Shown here: piece after piece, positions 12,953 through 24,446 of the stretch
How positions within the stretch are numbered: position 1 is the stretch's first letter
Layout: each line of letters begins with the position of its first letter
From: Selaginella moellendorffii
Lineage: Eukaryota; Plantae; Lycopodiophyta
DNA: 64,000 bases
Reading direction: 5' to 3'
Assembly (NCBI RefSeq): GCF_000143415.4
Contig: NW_003314272.1
Coordinates: 339,729 to 403,728 of the forward strand
Notes under the pieces: model-generated
The model's input: the letters and a program-made list of their open reading frames with translations, nothing else
Told to the model about the DNA's origin: nothing
Databases searched by the model: none
Program-made: the position numbers and the translations under genes

Positions 12953-14241
12953 CAACACTGCCACTGGATCGAGGCCCACAGGCCCGACCACTAAGTCCCA
13001 CGGTCCTCTGGGACTTCCTCACCACACGACTGTGTCCTTGGTCACTACCCCAGAGGACTACTCCTCCTCCTTTCCACAGTCTGGGCCTTTGGGACGACAT
13101 TTCGGAACAACGTGGCCTTACGCGAGCCACCTAGGTACTCTCCCCACCTATCGCCTTTAGGTGATCTAGCCATGGGCTTAGAGCGAGGTTCCGTTGAGCC
13201 ACGCCTGGTATCCAAGTAGGTAGTGCCACCCACACTTGGACTGGGAGCATCGGCCAGTCGATCTCCCGGGGGAACTAGAGCCGGCTCTTGAACACTTCAC
13301 CAAGCTACCCCGCTTGTCAGTCCGTATTCACTCTAGTCTTGGACTTCCCAGTGGTCAGTTCATCACCCAACACTGGGTCTGGCCTTCTTGGGCCAAACTG
13401 GCCTTTCCTGGCCAAACTGGCCTTTCCTGGCCAAACTGGCTCCACTGCAGTCCTCCCCCTACTATACTTTTGGAGCTCACCAAACCCCCCAGGGTCTGGG
13501 AGACGAACGCTTTGGGCTTTCACCCTCTCAGGCTCCGGACTCGGACTCGGACTCGGACTCGGACTCGGATTCGGACTCGGACTCGGGCTCGGGCTCGGTC
13601 TCGGCCTCGGCCTCGGCCTCGGTCTCGGTCCCGATCTCGGTCTCGGTCTCGGTCTCGGTCCCGGTCTCGGTCCCGGTCTCGGTCTCAACTTCGGACTCCA
13701 TCTCGGACTCCATCTCGGACTCCATCTCGGGTCCATCTCGGACTCCATCTCGGACTCCATCTCGGGTCCATGTCGGACTCCAGCTCGGACTCCATTTCGG
13801 GTCCATCTTGGGTCCACCTCGGACTCCATCTCGGACTCCATCTCGGACTCCATCTCGGGTCCATCTCGGACTCCACTTCGGACTCCAACTCGGGTCCATC
13901 TCGGGTCCACCTTGGACTCCACTTCGGACTCCAACTCGGGTCGATCTCGGGTCCACCTCGGACTCCACTTCGGACTCCATGTCGAACTCCATCTCGGGTC
14001 CATCTCGGACACTCCCACGTGTCATGTGTTGGTCCTTTTGGGTCTCTTTTCGGAGCCTCACCTTTTGCTCGCTTCGTGCTCGTTCCTCGAGCACTTCGTT
14101 GGGAGTTCCACTCCCGCTCTTGACTTTTCAAGTCGGAGCTTTTGGTCCAATCGTGTTACGCTCATTTGGCTCTTGCTTCGGCCACTACCATGTGGCGCCC
14201 TTCCGGCTCCACTTTGGGGCCTAGGGATTTTGTGTCTCACA
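12953..14241 (-). mobile_element. Family A LTR remnant (host of the tandem array insertion)
   Basis: Starts abruptly at CAACACTGCC (about 440 bp into the LTR consensus), ends GTCTCACA; minisatellite ~13537-14010. Confidence 0.85.
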
Positions 14242-14424
14242 ACCACATACCATTCAGTAGCAACATTGGCATGCACCGATTGGGCTCTCGAGTGCAGTCC
14301 GGTTACAGATGGCGTGTAGCCTCACGCCATCTTAGGATGCAGCGTCAAGACATCTGATGCAGTGGTGAATGGCGTGTGGCCTCACGTTATTTCCAGCTAC
14401 TAGCTTTTCATCTGTCAGCTCTAA

Positions 14425-17400
14425 TTGTTGTGCATTTCTGAACAGGCGAGGAATTGTGTTCTTCTTCCAGCCACTGTCAATGTGGATGCAGAGAAGGGGG
14501 AGGAGCTCACCAGTTGGACTTTTGGGATGGAAGGCGAGGATCTGAGGCTGTACAACACAGATAGTGGGAGAAAAGAATGCATGGGGATCCTCATCCAAGT
14601 GACAGACACTCCATGCAGTTCCATGCAAGAATATAGACTGGCACTTGTGGTAGAGACAGCGTCTGCCTTCAAGATCCACCTTGCACATCCTAGCGGCTTC
14701 CCGGAGGGGGGCAGCGGCTATGAGGAATTCCTAGAGGGAGCTAGGGAGAGGTTGTCCAGGAGGCCCACAATTTCAAAGACGCTGCGGGTCTATGAAGATC
14801 ACATGGAATCCACGGACCTCACCTACGGCGATGTTCAAAAACTATATTCCAACATTGAGCCGTTGAGAGTGACTCCAGTTCGCGAAGCAAAGGGGAAGGG
14901 CGTCGATCTGGAAACTACCTCGAAGCAGAAAAGGGTGGTCAAGCTCAAGCCGACGTCCGACTCTCCTGCTCCAAAAAAGAAGCTACTCAGTGATGCCATT
15001 GCCTCGGGTTCGAACACTACACCCACCAAAAAGAAGAGCCGCAAAGAGCAGAAAGAACAAGAAGAGGCAGCAAAAATCGTCGCAGATAATAGTACTTGTT
15101 ACTATTCCAACAAAGTATATACAATCGACATGAGCCGTATCGACATCCAAAGCAAATACAACCACAGGCTAGTATCTGATGAGTGGGTGGAGAAACTGAA
15201 GCAGAAGATGCTGGCAAGTCCAGTAACACCCGACATCACAGACGTGATCCCCTACTACCGAACAATGAAGGGCGAGACGAGGTTTCCAGACTTGATCAAT
15301 AGGAAGGTGTTGGACGATCAGAACATCCGGTTCTATGCCGTCTCCGGGCAGCATTCTAGCTTGGCGATGCAAGAGATAGTTGTGGATATTATGGTGGGCG
15401 AGGAGGTGAAGAAAGTCTTCAAGACAAGAGTTGTCCGCCTGATAAAAGGCAACTCGCCCCTCCGATCTATCATATACATCTCCCACGCGCAAAATGTCAA
15501 GCAAGAAACGTGCTACAAATCGGGTCTGCACGAGACATTGGCACGAACACGAAAGCTCTAGGTTCAACTGAAGAAGCCACAAAAACCAGGACAAGGACGT
15601 GCACTAGCAACTAGCGCCTGGCAGGTAAGCCTCGTTGCATGTGGCATAGCATGTGGCCTCACGCCATTTCCATTGCAGGAATTCTCGAGTCTTCTCTCGA
15701 AAACACTGGGGGTCAATGACACACTCAGCATCCATAACATTCTACTCGCGACAAAAGTTGTTTTTGACAAATGGGTAGATGTGCTGAGGAGGTACCATGA
15801 CGGGGAGTTGCCAAACTCAATGGGTGTGGAGGACGGCTGGAAGCCCAATGATTTGAAGCTCAACGCCTTGCGTTTCTCGCGGTCTCTAGACGACGATGAC
15901 CTTCTGACAGTGGCTAATGCTCTTCTACGTAGTGAGGTAGTCTTCAACAAGACCAAAATGACTCCCGGCCATATTGTGACATACGAGGACTTGTGCACGA
16001 CTCTGAGAGCTCGTGCGCTATTGAAGGATTGGATCTTCGAGCAAGTGGCCGTGGAGAGGGTGAGCATCGACACCACGCAAGAGATGATGGAAGCGCTGGA
16101 GTTGTCAAATGAAGACATCGACGAGTACGTGAAGGGGGCCCCCAAGTTCATCGATCTGCTGCGGGATGCCACGAAAAGTAAAGCTGAGAAGTTGGATCAG
16201 TATCCAAATTTCATTAAGATTGATGTCGACCGCCGGCTTCAGAAACAGCTCGACCCCGCAGCAGAGGCCTATCGAGAACCTTACCGGGTATACTTGAATT
16301 CGGATGAGGATCAAAGGTGGAGGAGCATCGTTTCCCGCGGAGATGAGCAGGTCAAGAACATCTTTTGTGTGATGGACTTCACAAACGAGGAGATCACTCA
16401 TGCAGACGAAGTCAGCTCCATCATTGACTTAATGGTGGGACTTGCGGAGGTGGAATCTTCAGTCCACTATATGATCTACGACTCCGAATCCTATCACAAG
16501 TTCTGGAAGGCCTTGAACGAGGTGAAGGCTCGGTTGAAAGGCAAGGAGATGCGGGAGATCCATGGGATAATGGCTAAGAAGAAGATACCGACGAATGTCC
16601 GCATCTTCACACTCGCCCTTGTTATTGGTCCTGCAGCAGAGTGGGACTGGAGTGACTTCCCAGCTTCGTTCGACAAGGCCAATCGAATTGATCTGAGGGA
16701 GGTCAATTTACCCGTGCCTGAGGAACTGAAGACGGCTATGGAGCTTTCGAATCCAAAGAAAGCTCCAGGTGCAGCATGGGAAATGCTCAGCTGGGTCTTC
16801 AACGCAATAGCGGGTGGGTCACCTGCTTCCGACTCCAAGGGCAAATGCGTTGTCGAGTACAACTGCGGCGGACTATTCTTTCGAGCCGCACTACTCAAGG
16901 GTGTCCCGTGTGTTGCAGTGACAAACTCCATTGAAGAGGTGACTTCAATGGAGCATATAATTACAGTTGCCAAAGAAAAACAGTATCTTCTCTGTGAACC
17001 TGGTGAGTACACACTTTAAGTTTAAATGTTATCTCACAAGCTCTGTATGCAGGAGCGTGGCCACCCCCAGATGCTAAAACGGCGTTAACAGCTACTGTTG
17101 AAGATACCCATGTTGGGCCGAGCTCACAACTTGCACAAGGTAAGGTCACGTGAGGCCTCACGCCATTTTGATTATAGATCGTTGTGAATATTCAGACACA
17201 AGGACTGAAAAGCGCACTGGTGGCGCATCGAAGAAGGACAAACAGACAAGCAATAGGAAAAAAGGAGGTACAAATTATATTTGCAATGGCGTGTGGTCTC
17301 ATGCCATTCCTTGCAGGAGAAACTTCTTCAAAGGCAAAACAGGCAAGCACCAGCCAAGCTCAAACTGACAGTGGTCATAAAAAGCGAAAGCACGTTGGAC

Positions 17401-17656
17401 AGTCGTCGAGATCAGAGGCATTTGATTCGAAAAGGAAGAAGGGCAACGAAAAGATGATAGGTAATGCCTCGCGGTTATGGCGTGTGTGCTCATGCCATTC
17501 ATTGCAGATCAAGGGCTGAGTGAAAGCAGGCAGTCACCACCTCATGACTCAAATTCCTATGGCGGACTCCCCTTCCCCAATCTCAATGGAGAGGTACAAT
17601 GGATGAGGGAAGCTTTTCAAGTCAGGGCCACGTTTTTCTCATCTTGTCGTCTTTGA
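14425..17656 (+). pseudogene. Multi-exon transposon cargo gene: ParB/Srx-like domain + degenerate N4/N6-MTase-like fold + K/R-rich micro-exons
   Basis: ORFs 14425-15561 and 15673-17019 join in frame across TGG>TAG (15559) and GT-AG intron 15625-15678; further in-frame introns 17003-17052, 17140-17195, 17268-17316, 17461-17507. ParB-like: YNHRLVSDEWVEKLKQKM..P..DVI...FYAVSGQHSSLAM...HAQN. MTase-like: WEMLSWVFNAI...GKCVVEYNCGGLFFRAALLKGVPCVAV. True 5' end not resolved. Confidence 0.65.
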
Positions 17657-17659
17657 AGG

Positions 17660-19826
17660 GTGCAAGAACGTGCAGAAACCATGTTAAGACAGTCGGGTGA
17701 GGATACGGTCCTAGGTCACGCACTAAAACAGGCTATGGATGTCTTGTATTTTGAGATGGAGACTCGGCCAGATGATTTTCCCAAGATGGTCCTGGAAGAA
17801 CAAGCCATCCAGCCTGAGCAGCCTATGGAAGAAATGCAGGAGGGGGATGAGGAGCCAGAGAAAGATAATGAGCAGGAAGAGCAGAAGGACGAAGAGGAGG
17901 ACAAAGAAGAGGAGGACGAAGAAGAGGAGGACGAAGAGGACTTGGATGGTCCTCACAATGGTGACGATCACAATAATGACGACAACGATGATGACGACGA
18001 TGGCCAGCCTGAGGTGGCCAAAGAGCAGCGGAGGAAGGTCATACAAGACAAACCATCAGGTAAATAATAGTACATCCATTCCTAACCTTTTACCATTTCT
18101 AACATTGTCCATGTAGGTCGCAGAGCAAATGGTAAGTAGAGATTATTCAGTTGAATTTACAAACTCTAGCCTTTAGTGTCGAGGAAGGATAGTGCCAAGC
18201 AAGGGTCGAAACGTATGTCCAATCCTTCAGAATCAACAGTGCGCCCAAGTGATATCAGTCCTAGTTCCTCAATAGCAGTTGATGGTAAATACAGTATAGT
18301 CGATTCAATGTGCTAATGAGTTTGTTTTTAGTAGCACGGGAGGATACCATCTCAATCGAAGGGAGATATTTGGACATGCATATGGATCTGCCAGTGGACT
18401 CTACTTGCCTGCAAGAGTCATCAGAGTTGGTGGAGGCTACTATCCATATCAACGCCAAGCAAGCTGACCACGCTCCACTTGATGCTGCCCATACCATTGA
18501 GTCAATCTTGTCCACGTATCCAACTGACGGTGACCAGGCGCCATTGGACCCGCATGAGGCCGCCCCAGCCGCCGAGCCGGTCGTATCCTCATTTCCAACG
18601 GACTCAACGTGTGCCCAATCGTTTGACTACGCGCCGTTGGAACCTCCCTACACCGCCCCTGCTGCCTGTTCGGTCATGTCCACTTTGCCAACGGAGGCAC
18701 CAGCTGAAATGGCGTGTGATCACACGCCATCGGAACCACCCCATGCCACTGTTGAGCCAGTTGTACCAGAGTCTACAGCTGAAATGGCATGTGCCCACAC
18801 GCCATCGGATGCGATTGACCCCACATTGCAGAGGAGAGTATTTCCGCCCTTCACATTTCCTCGACCAAAACCCTCTCAACGACCATCGGGAGCAACATTC
18901 GCTAATATTGTAGATGGTAAAATTGACTTGTACCATTTTTTATGCTGACGCATTTCATTTCAGAGTCACGGCGAAGGTACTGTATCGTTTTTGATCTGAA
19001 CGGTGTCCTTTTCTCCCATGAGCGTGGCTCGTCCTCGAATGTCACTGCACGCTCCAAAGCCTGCGGTCGCAAGTTGGTCAAAAGAGACAGATTCACATTA
19101 ATCACACGGGAGAAACTGCGGGATCTAATAATGACCATGCGACACTTAAAATAGAGGGCCGGGTTCAATTTGCAATTGGGAGTTTGGACATCCATGATGC
19201 GCCACAATGCATTAACGTTGCTACAGATGATGCACGATCAGATGCGAGTAATATTACCATTTGACTTTCTCCTAACGCAGGAGGATTGCTTGACTATGGT
19301 CCATGTGAGGGGTAGCAAGCCCATCTTCGTCAAGCCAGAGGCTGTAGTGATGAACCGGACTGCTAGCTCAAGTGAAATCCTCATCATCGATGACTCGCCG
19401 ATTAAAACTGCAGCGAACACGCACACATATGCAGTGCACCCCATCTCTTGCAGTATGGAAACTAGGGAGAAGAAACCGTATGTTCTGGGGGACCTTGCAA
19501 AACGGCTTGGAGCAATGGTGATAGAGAACCGGCCAGTCCAGGAGGTGGCTGCAGAAATCAACCAAATGGCAGATGGAATGGTATATCAGAAGCCATTTGA
19601 TCGGACAGACACCAGTCATCATTTATGGCATGTATATTGTCTAGCCAAGCACTATCCGCATCTCCATAATCTGCTCAACCGGATGGGTTCTTCGACCACT
19701 GAACATGAGCGTGGACGTATTAGAGAAGAGATGGCATTACTATTCGGTTTAAATCCTGATAGTGTGGAGAGTGATGAAATTCCAAGATTATTGTATAGGC
19801 GTTGGAGGCAAAAAATAACAGTCTGA
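17660..19826 (+). pseudogene. Acidic/Pro-rich exons spliced to FCP1/NIF-like HAD phosphatase domain (possibly C-terminus of the upstream gene)
   Basis: Phase-1 introns 18060-18116, 18132-18176, 18284-18331, 18917-18963 keep one frame; HAD motifs CIVFDLNGVL, LGVWTS, KPIFVKP, ILIIDDSPIK; CAG>TAG at 19152-19154 (intact in copy 2). Confidence 0.7.
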
Positions 19827-20267
19827 GATGGCATGTATTTATTTAAAAATGTAACTTATTATGGCATGGGGTTCCATGCCATTGTATTAATATTAAAAGA
19901 CAATTCTTTGAGAGGATTTGCATTATACTAGAAGTGTTACAGCATGTTATTGGAAGTCTATGAAGTTGTTTTATTAATAATGGGAAAGTAAAGATTGAAT
20001 GGGGACTTGGGCTCCACCTAGACTCGGAGCAACTGAGCCAATATTAAAAGGATGGAAAGAAATTGGACGACGATGACAAGGAGAAGAGAGAGGTGAAGCA
20101 GTGGCAGGGGGAGGAGAAGTGATTGAGTAGACATTTCCTTGTTTAAAATAAAATGGCATGTGCCTCAATGCAGTTGAATTTTGTTATATTTATATACTAT
20201 ATAAAGGTTTGGAAACCTTATTTTACAAGTGGGATAATGACAATTCCTACTTTAACGAAATAAAGCT

Positions 20268-23200
20268 TTATGGGTCTTTACATGCCCATCACTAGCCTTG
20301 CCAAAATTCCATTTTTGGCTTTGTCCAATTCGAGTAGATGGTCTTCTCCTGTCTCCGCCACCTTGGACATTTGGATAGCACCTTCTATCTATCATTCGCT
20401 AGGGACGTAGTCCCTTGGGCCTTATCTATTGCCCTCGCGACATCAAACACCACCTCCTGGTGTTCTAGAGTGTTTAGGTGTCCCAATGACGGCTTCCTTG
20501 ACAATGAGTATTTCCTTTTATGACATTGATTTACTATATCGCAACATAAGCAACTTATCCCCCTTAAGGGTATATCCAAGTTCCCTATGCCATTAAGAAG
20601 GCTTGGGTAGCTACCTTCTACCTGTTTAACCAATTATCTTCCACCTCTCACTTAGTTGCCTCATAGTTGTCAAGTCCTACAACTCATTGCTGGTGCTTCC
20701 ACACCTCCATCATTATTTGGGTCACCACACTCCAACTGCATGCTTTGCAGCTTAGGCTATGCCATTCCCATTTCCATTGGGATTCCTTTGGCAAGGGGTT
20801 CTCATGAACCCACCAACATAGCCTCAAGGTATCACACCTTGGCACATTTGGTGTCTCCACACCATCGGCTCCATAAGCCTACCTCTATAACACTTCTTCT
20901 TTGTGTCTAAGTCTTTGCCAAGACCAATACCGCTCTTTCTCATGCCAACCATCCGTTAGCACTACACCATAGAGGTCACACACAACTTTGTGTCAAAGTT
21001 GTTTTCTTTTGGGAACACCTTTCCCGCGACTTTAGCATGGCACATTTTGCCATCGATGAGATACCCTTTGTTCTCATCCTTGGATCCTATGATCCCCCCC
21101 ATCCTTTGTGGGGTACCACACACCTCAGTCCAAATGCTTCCATCAGTCCTTTAGGACCATTCCTTGACTCTACTTGAGTCATCCAGCAGTTTTGGACTTG
21201 GTTAATCTACAGATCCGTAAGGTCTTACTTGTGGGGCACTTGCTTACTGGAATACACTTTTTGCATTCACGTCCTACTCACAAGGACTATTTTCACAAGT
21301 GTTACTTTGACACTTGATTTTGTTCTCTGGGGCAACCTTTGCCCCTTAGGACTACTTGTCCATATGATGAGAATACCAACTCATCTCTAAATACACCCCC
21401 CAACTCCTTGGGTTGTTCCAGCATTTATTAAAGGTAGCCCGGGCTACCATTTCAAGGACTTGAGTCCTCTTCCGTATTTGACCTCCCATCAAGTCTCACA
21501 TTCATGAGCACTAACCTCAACTATATGAGAATAATCTTGTGACTCCTTTATTGTTTTGGAGTCTTTATCTTTCCCGTGATCCCAGCTATAGTTGTTTACC
21601 ACAACTACATTAGCTAGTTTGCTAAGTCAAATGCTCATCTGGATCACATCCTCAACTCTCTGAGGAAAACCATATACTGTTCCCAAGATCCCAAAGTCAA
21701 TCCCTTACTGGCCCCTTTTCTATCCACCACATCGCGCCCAAGTTCATGCATGAACTCGAGTGGAGAGCCATGTCCTCTCGACGTGCTACTCCTCAAGGAT
21801 AGGCCCACGCCTAGGACCTTCCAATGCCAATATCAATGGTGATATACTTGAGCACCAATAAAAGTCGGACTAAGGAACAGCTCCAATACCAAGTTGTAAG
21901 CGACTAATTTTTCCATTCTACTTTAGTCACTTAACCACACCTCCGACCACTTGGAGGAGTCTCATTCACAACCTCCATAAGTTCAATTCAGGACTTGGGA
22001 CTTGCTAGCCCCAAGAATGGCATCCATGCCACTCAACCCTTGCACCTGGTCCAAGTGCTCCACGTGTCCGATCCCATGACCGACACTCAAAGGTACCACC
22101 GACATAGCAGCCTGTTACGCTAAGGCCATGCCCAATCACCTTTGCCGCATTGGTAGTCCAATACCACTTGCAACACAGTCTTGTCTCTCCAAGACTGGGC
22201 CAACCATCCATGACTGGTCATCCCAGATCCACTCCTTAGCATCCTTAGGATGCCCACGAACAAGGGGAATAGCCTTCTCCAATATCCCTTTTCTGGTCCC
22301 CACCAAGTCCCTTTCTGCCCACGGCCATGTTCACCAGCACTACCACTGAATTGAGGCCCACCGGCCCGACCACTAAGTCCCACGGTCCTCTGGGACTTCC
22401 TCACCACACGACTGTGTCCTTGGTCACTACCCCAGAGGACTACTCCTCTTCCTTTCCACAGTCTGGGCCTTTGGGACAACATTTCGGAACACCGTGGCCT
22501 TACGCGAGCCACCTGGGTACTCTCCCCGCCTTTCGCCTTTAGGTGCTCTAGCCATGGGCTTAGAGCGAGGTTCCGTTGAGCCACGCCTGGTATCCAAGTA
22601 GGTAGTGCCACCCACACTTGGATTGGGAGCATCGACCAGTCGATCTCCCTGGGGAACTAGAGCCGGCTCTTGAACACTTTACCAAGCTACCCCGCTTGTC
22701 GGTCCGTATTCACTCTAGTCTTGGACTTCGCAGTGGTCAGTTCATCACCCAACACTGGGTCTGGCCTTCCTGGGCCAAACTAGCCTTTCCTGGCCAAACT
22801 GGCTCCACTGCAGTCCTCCCCCTTACTATACTTTTGGAGCTCACCAAACCCCCCAGGGTCTGGGAGACGAACGCTTTGGGCTTTCACCCTCTCAGACTCG
22901 AACTCAGACTCGGACTTGGACTCGGACTCGGACTCGGACTCAGACTCGGGCTCAGGCTCGGTCTTAGCCTTGGCCTCTGTCTCGGTCTTGGTCCCGGTCT
23001 CGGTCCCGGTCTCGGTCTCGGTCTCGGTCTCGTTCCCGGTCTCGGTCTCGACCTCGGACTGCATCTCGGGTCCTTCTCGGACTCCATCTCAGACTCCATC
23101 TCGGACTCCGTCTCAGTCCATCTCAGACTCCATCTCGGACTCCATCTCGGACTCCGTCTCGAACTCCATCTCGGACTCCGTCTCGGACTCCATCTCGGAC

Positions 23201-23815
23201 TCCGTCTCGGACTCCATCTCGGACTCCGTCTCGGACTCCATCTCGGACTCCGTCTCGGTCCATCTCGGACTCCGTCTCGGTCCAGCTCGGACTCCATCTC
23301 GGGTCCATCTCGGAATCCGTCTTGGTCCACCTCGGACTCCATCTCGGACTCCATCTCAAGTCCATCTCAGACTCCATCTTGGACTCCATCTCGGGTCCAT
23401 CTCAGACTCCATCTCGGTCCACCTCGGACTCCATCCCAGACTCCATCTCGGGTCCATCTCGGACTCCATCTTGGGTCCATCTCAGACTCTGTCTCGGACT
23501 CCACTTCGGACTCCATATCGGACTCCACTTCGGGTCCATCTCGGACTCCAGCTAGGGTCCGTCTCGGACTCCATCTTGGACACTTCCACGTGTCATGTGT
23601 TGGTCCTTTTTGGGTCCCTTTTTGGAGCCTTGCTTATTGCTCGCTTCATGCTTGCTCCTTGAGCACTTTGTTGGGAGTTCCACTCCCGCTCTCGACCTTC
23701 CAAGTCAGAGCTTTTAGTCCAAACGTGTTACACTCGTTTGGGCTTTTGCTTCGGCCACTACCACATGGCACCCTTTCTGGCTCCACTTTGGGGCCTAGGG
23801 ATTTTGTGTCTCACA
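20268..23815 (-). mobile_element. Older family A element: internal fragment (20268-21894), PBS (21880-21891), 5' LTR (21895-23815)
   Basis: Homologous to 9290-12952; TGTAAGCG...GTCTCACA; more diverged minisatellite at ~22894-23580; truncated by the DNA transposon terminus. Confidence 0.85.
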
Positions 23816-24003
23816 GTTTGCAGATGACATATCTAAGTAGAAGTCTAGACTTGAAAAAGAAAGTGCATTTCTCAGGATTTAAGGCAATATTGTTTTCTCA
23901 ACATCTAATGAAGTATTTCTTAAGACAATAAAGATGGTGTGTTTGATGCTGAAAACACTGAAGTCATTTATGAAAACTCACATGAATTTGGTACAAGTGT
24001 TAG

Positions 24004-24028
24004 TAAGCTCTATTTCGTTAAAGTGGGA
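24004..24028 (+). repeat. Left TIR TAAGCTCTATTTCGTTAAAGTGGGA
   Basis: Inverted match to 37666-37690 and 20245-20270; exact terminus uncertain by 1-3 bp (outer TA could be a target site). Confidence 0.85.
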
Positions 24029-24446
24029 ATTGTCATTATCCCACTTGTAAAATAAGGTTTCCAAACCTTTATATAGTATATAAATATAACAAAATTCAAC
24101 TGCATTGAGGCACATGCCATTTTATTTTAAACAAGGAAATGTCTACTCAATCACTTTTCCTCCCCCTGCCACTGCTTCACCTCTCTCTTCTCCTTGTCAT
24201 CGTCGTCCAATTTCTTTCCATCCTTTTAATATTGGCTCAGTTGCTCCGAGTCTAGGTGGAGCCCAAGTCCCCATTCAATCTTTACTTTCCCATTATTAAT
24301 AAAACAACTTCATAGACTTCCAATAACATGCTGTAACACTTCTAGTATAATGCAAATCCTCTCAAAGAATTGTCTTTTAATATTAATACAATGGCATGGA
24401 ACCCCATGCCATAATAAGCTACATTTTTAAATAAATACATGCCATC

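Larger units (their letters stand above)
14242..20270 (+). mobile_element. TIR DNA transposon, truncated copy 1 (cargo-gene arm; inverted relative to 24004-30705)
   Basis: Reverse complement of ~24004-30705; terminus TCCTACTTTAACGAAATAAAGCTT matches the TIR; left end cut by a family A LTR; inserted into family A internal sequence. Confidence 0.88.

Noticed and set aside
21-14319. Long overlapping ORFs (200-475 aa) rich in SDSI, RTPS, LGLH, RS/RD dipeptides, also at 22618-23931, 45394-46017, 56108-56422, 63405-63959
   Set aside because: Open in all six frames because the LTR minisatellite lacks stop codons; frames shift between copies; not SR-type proteins
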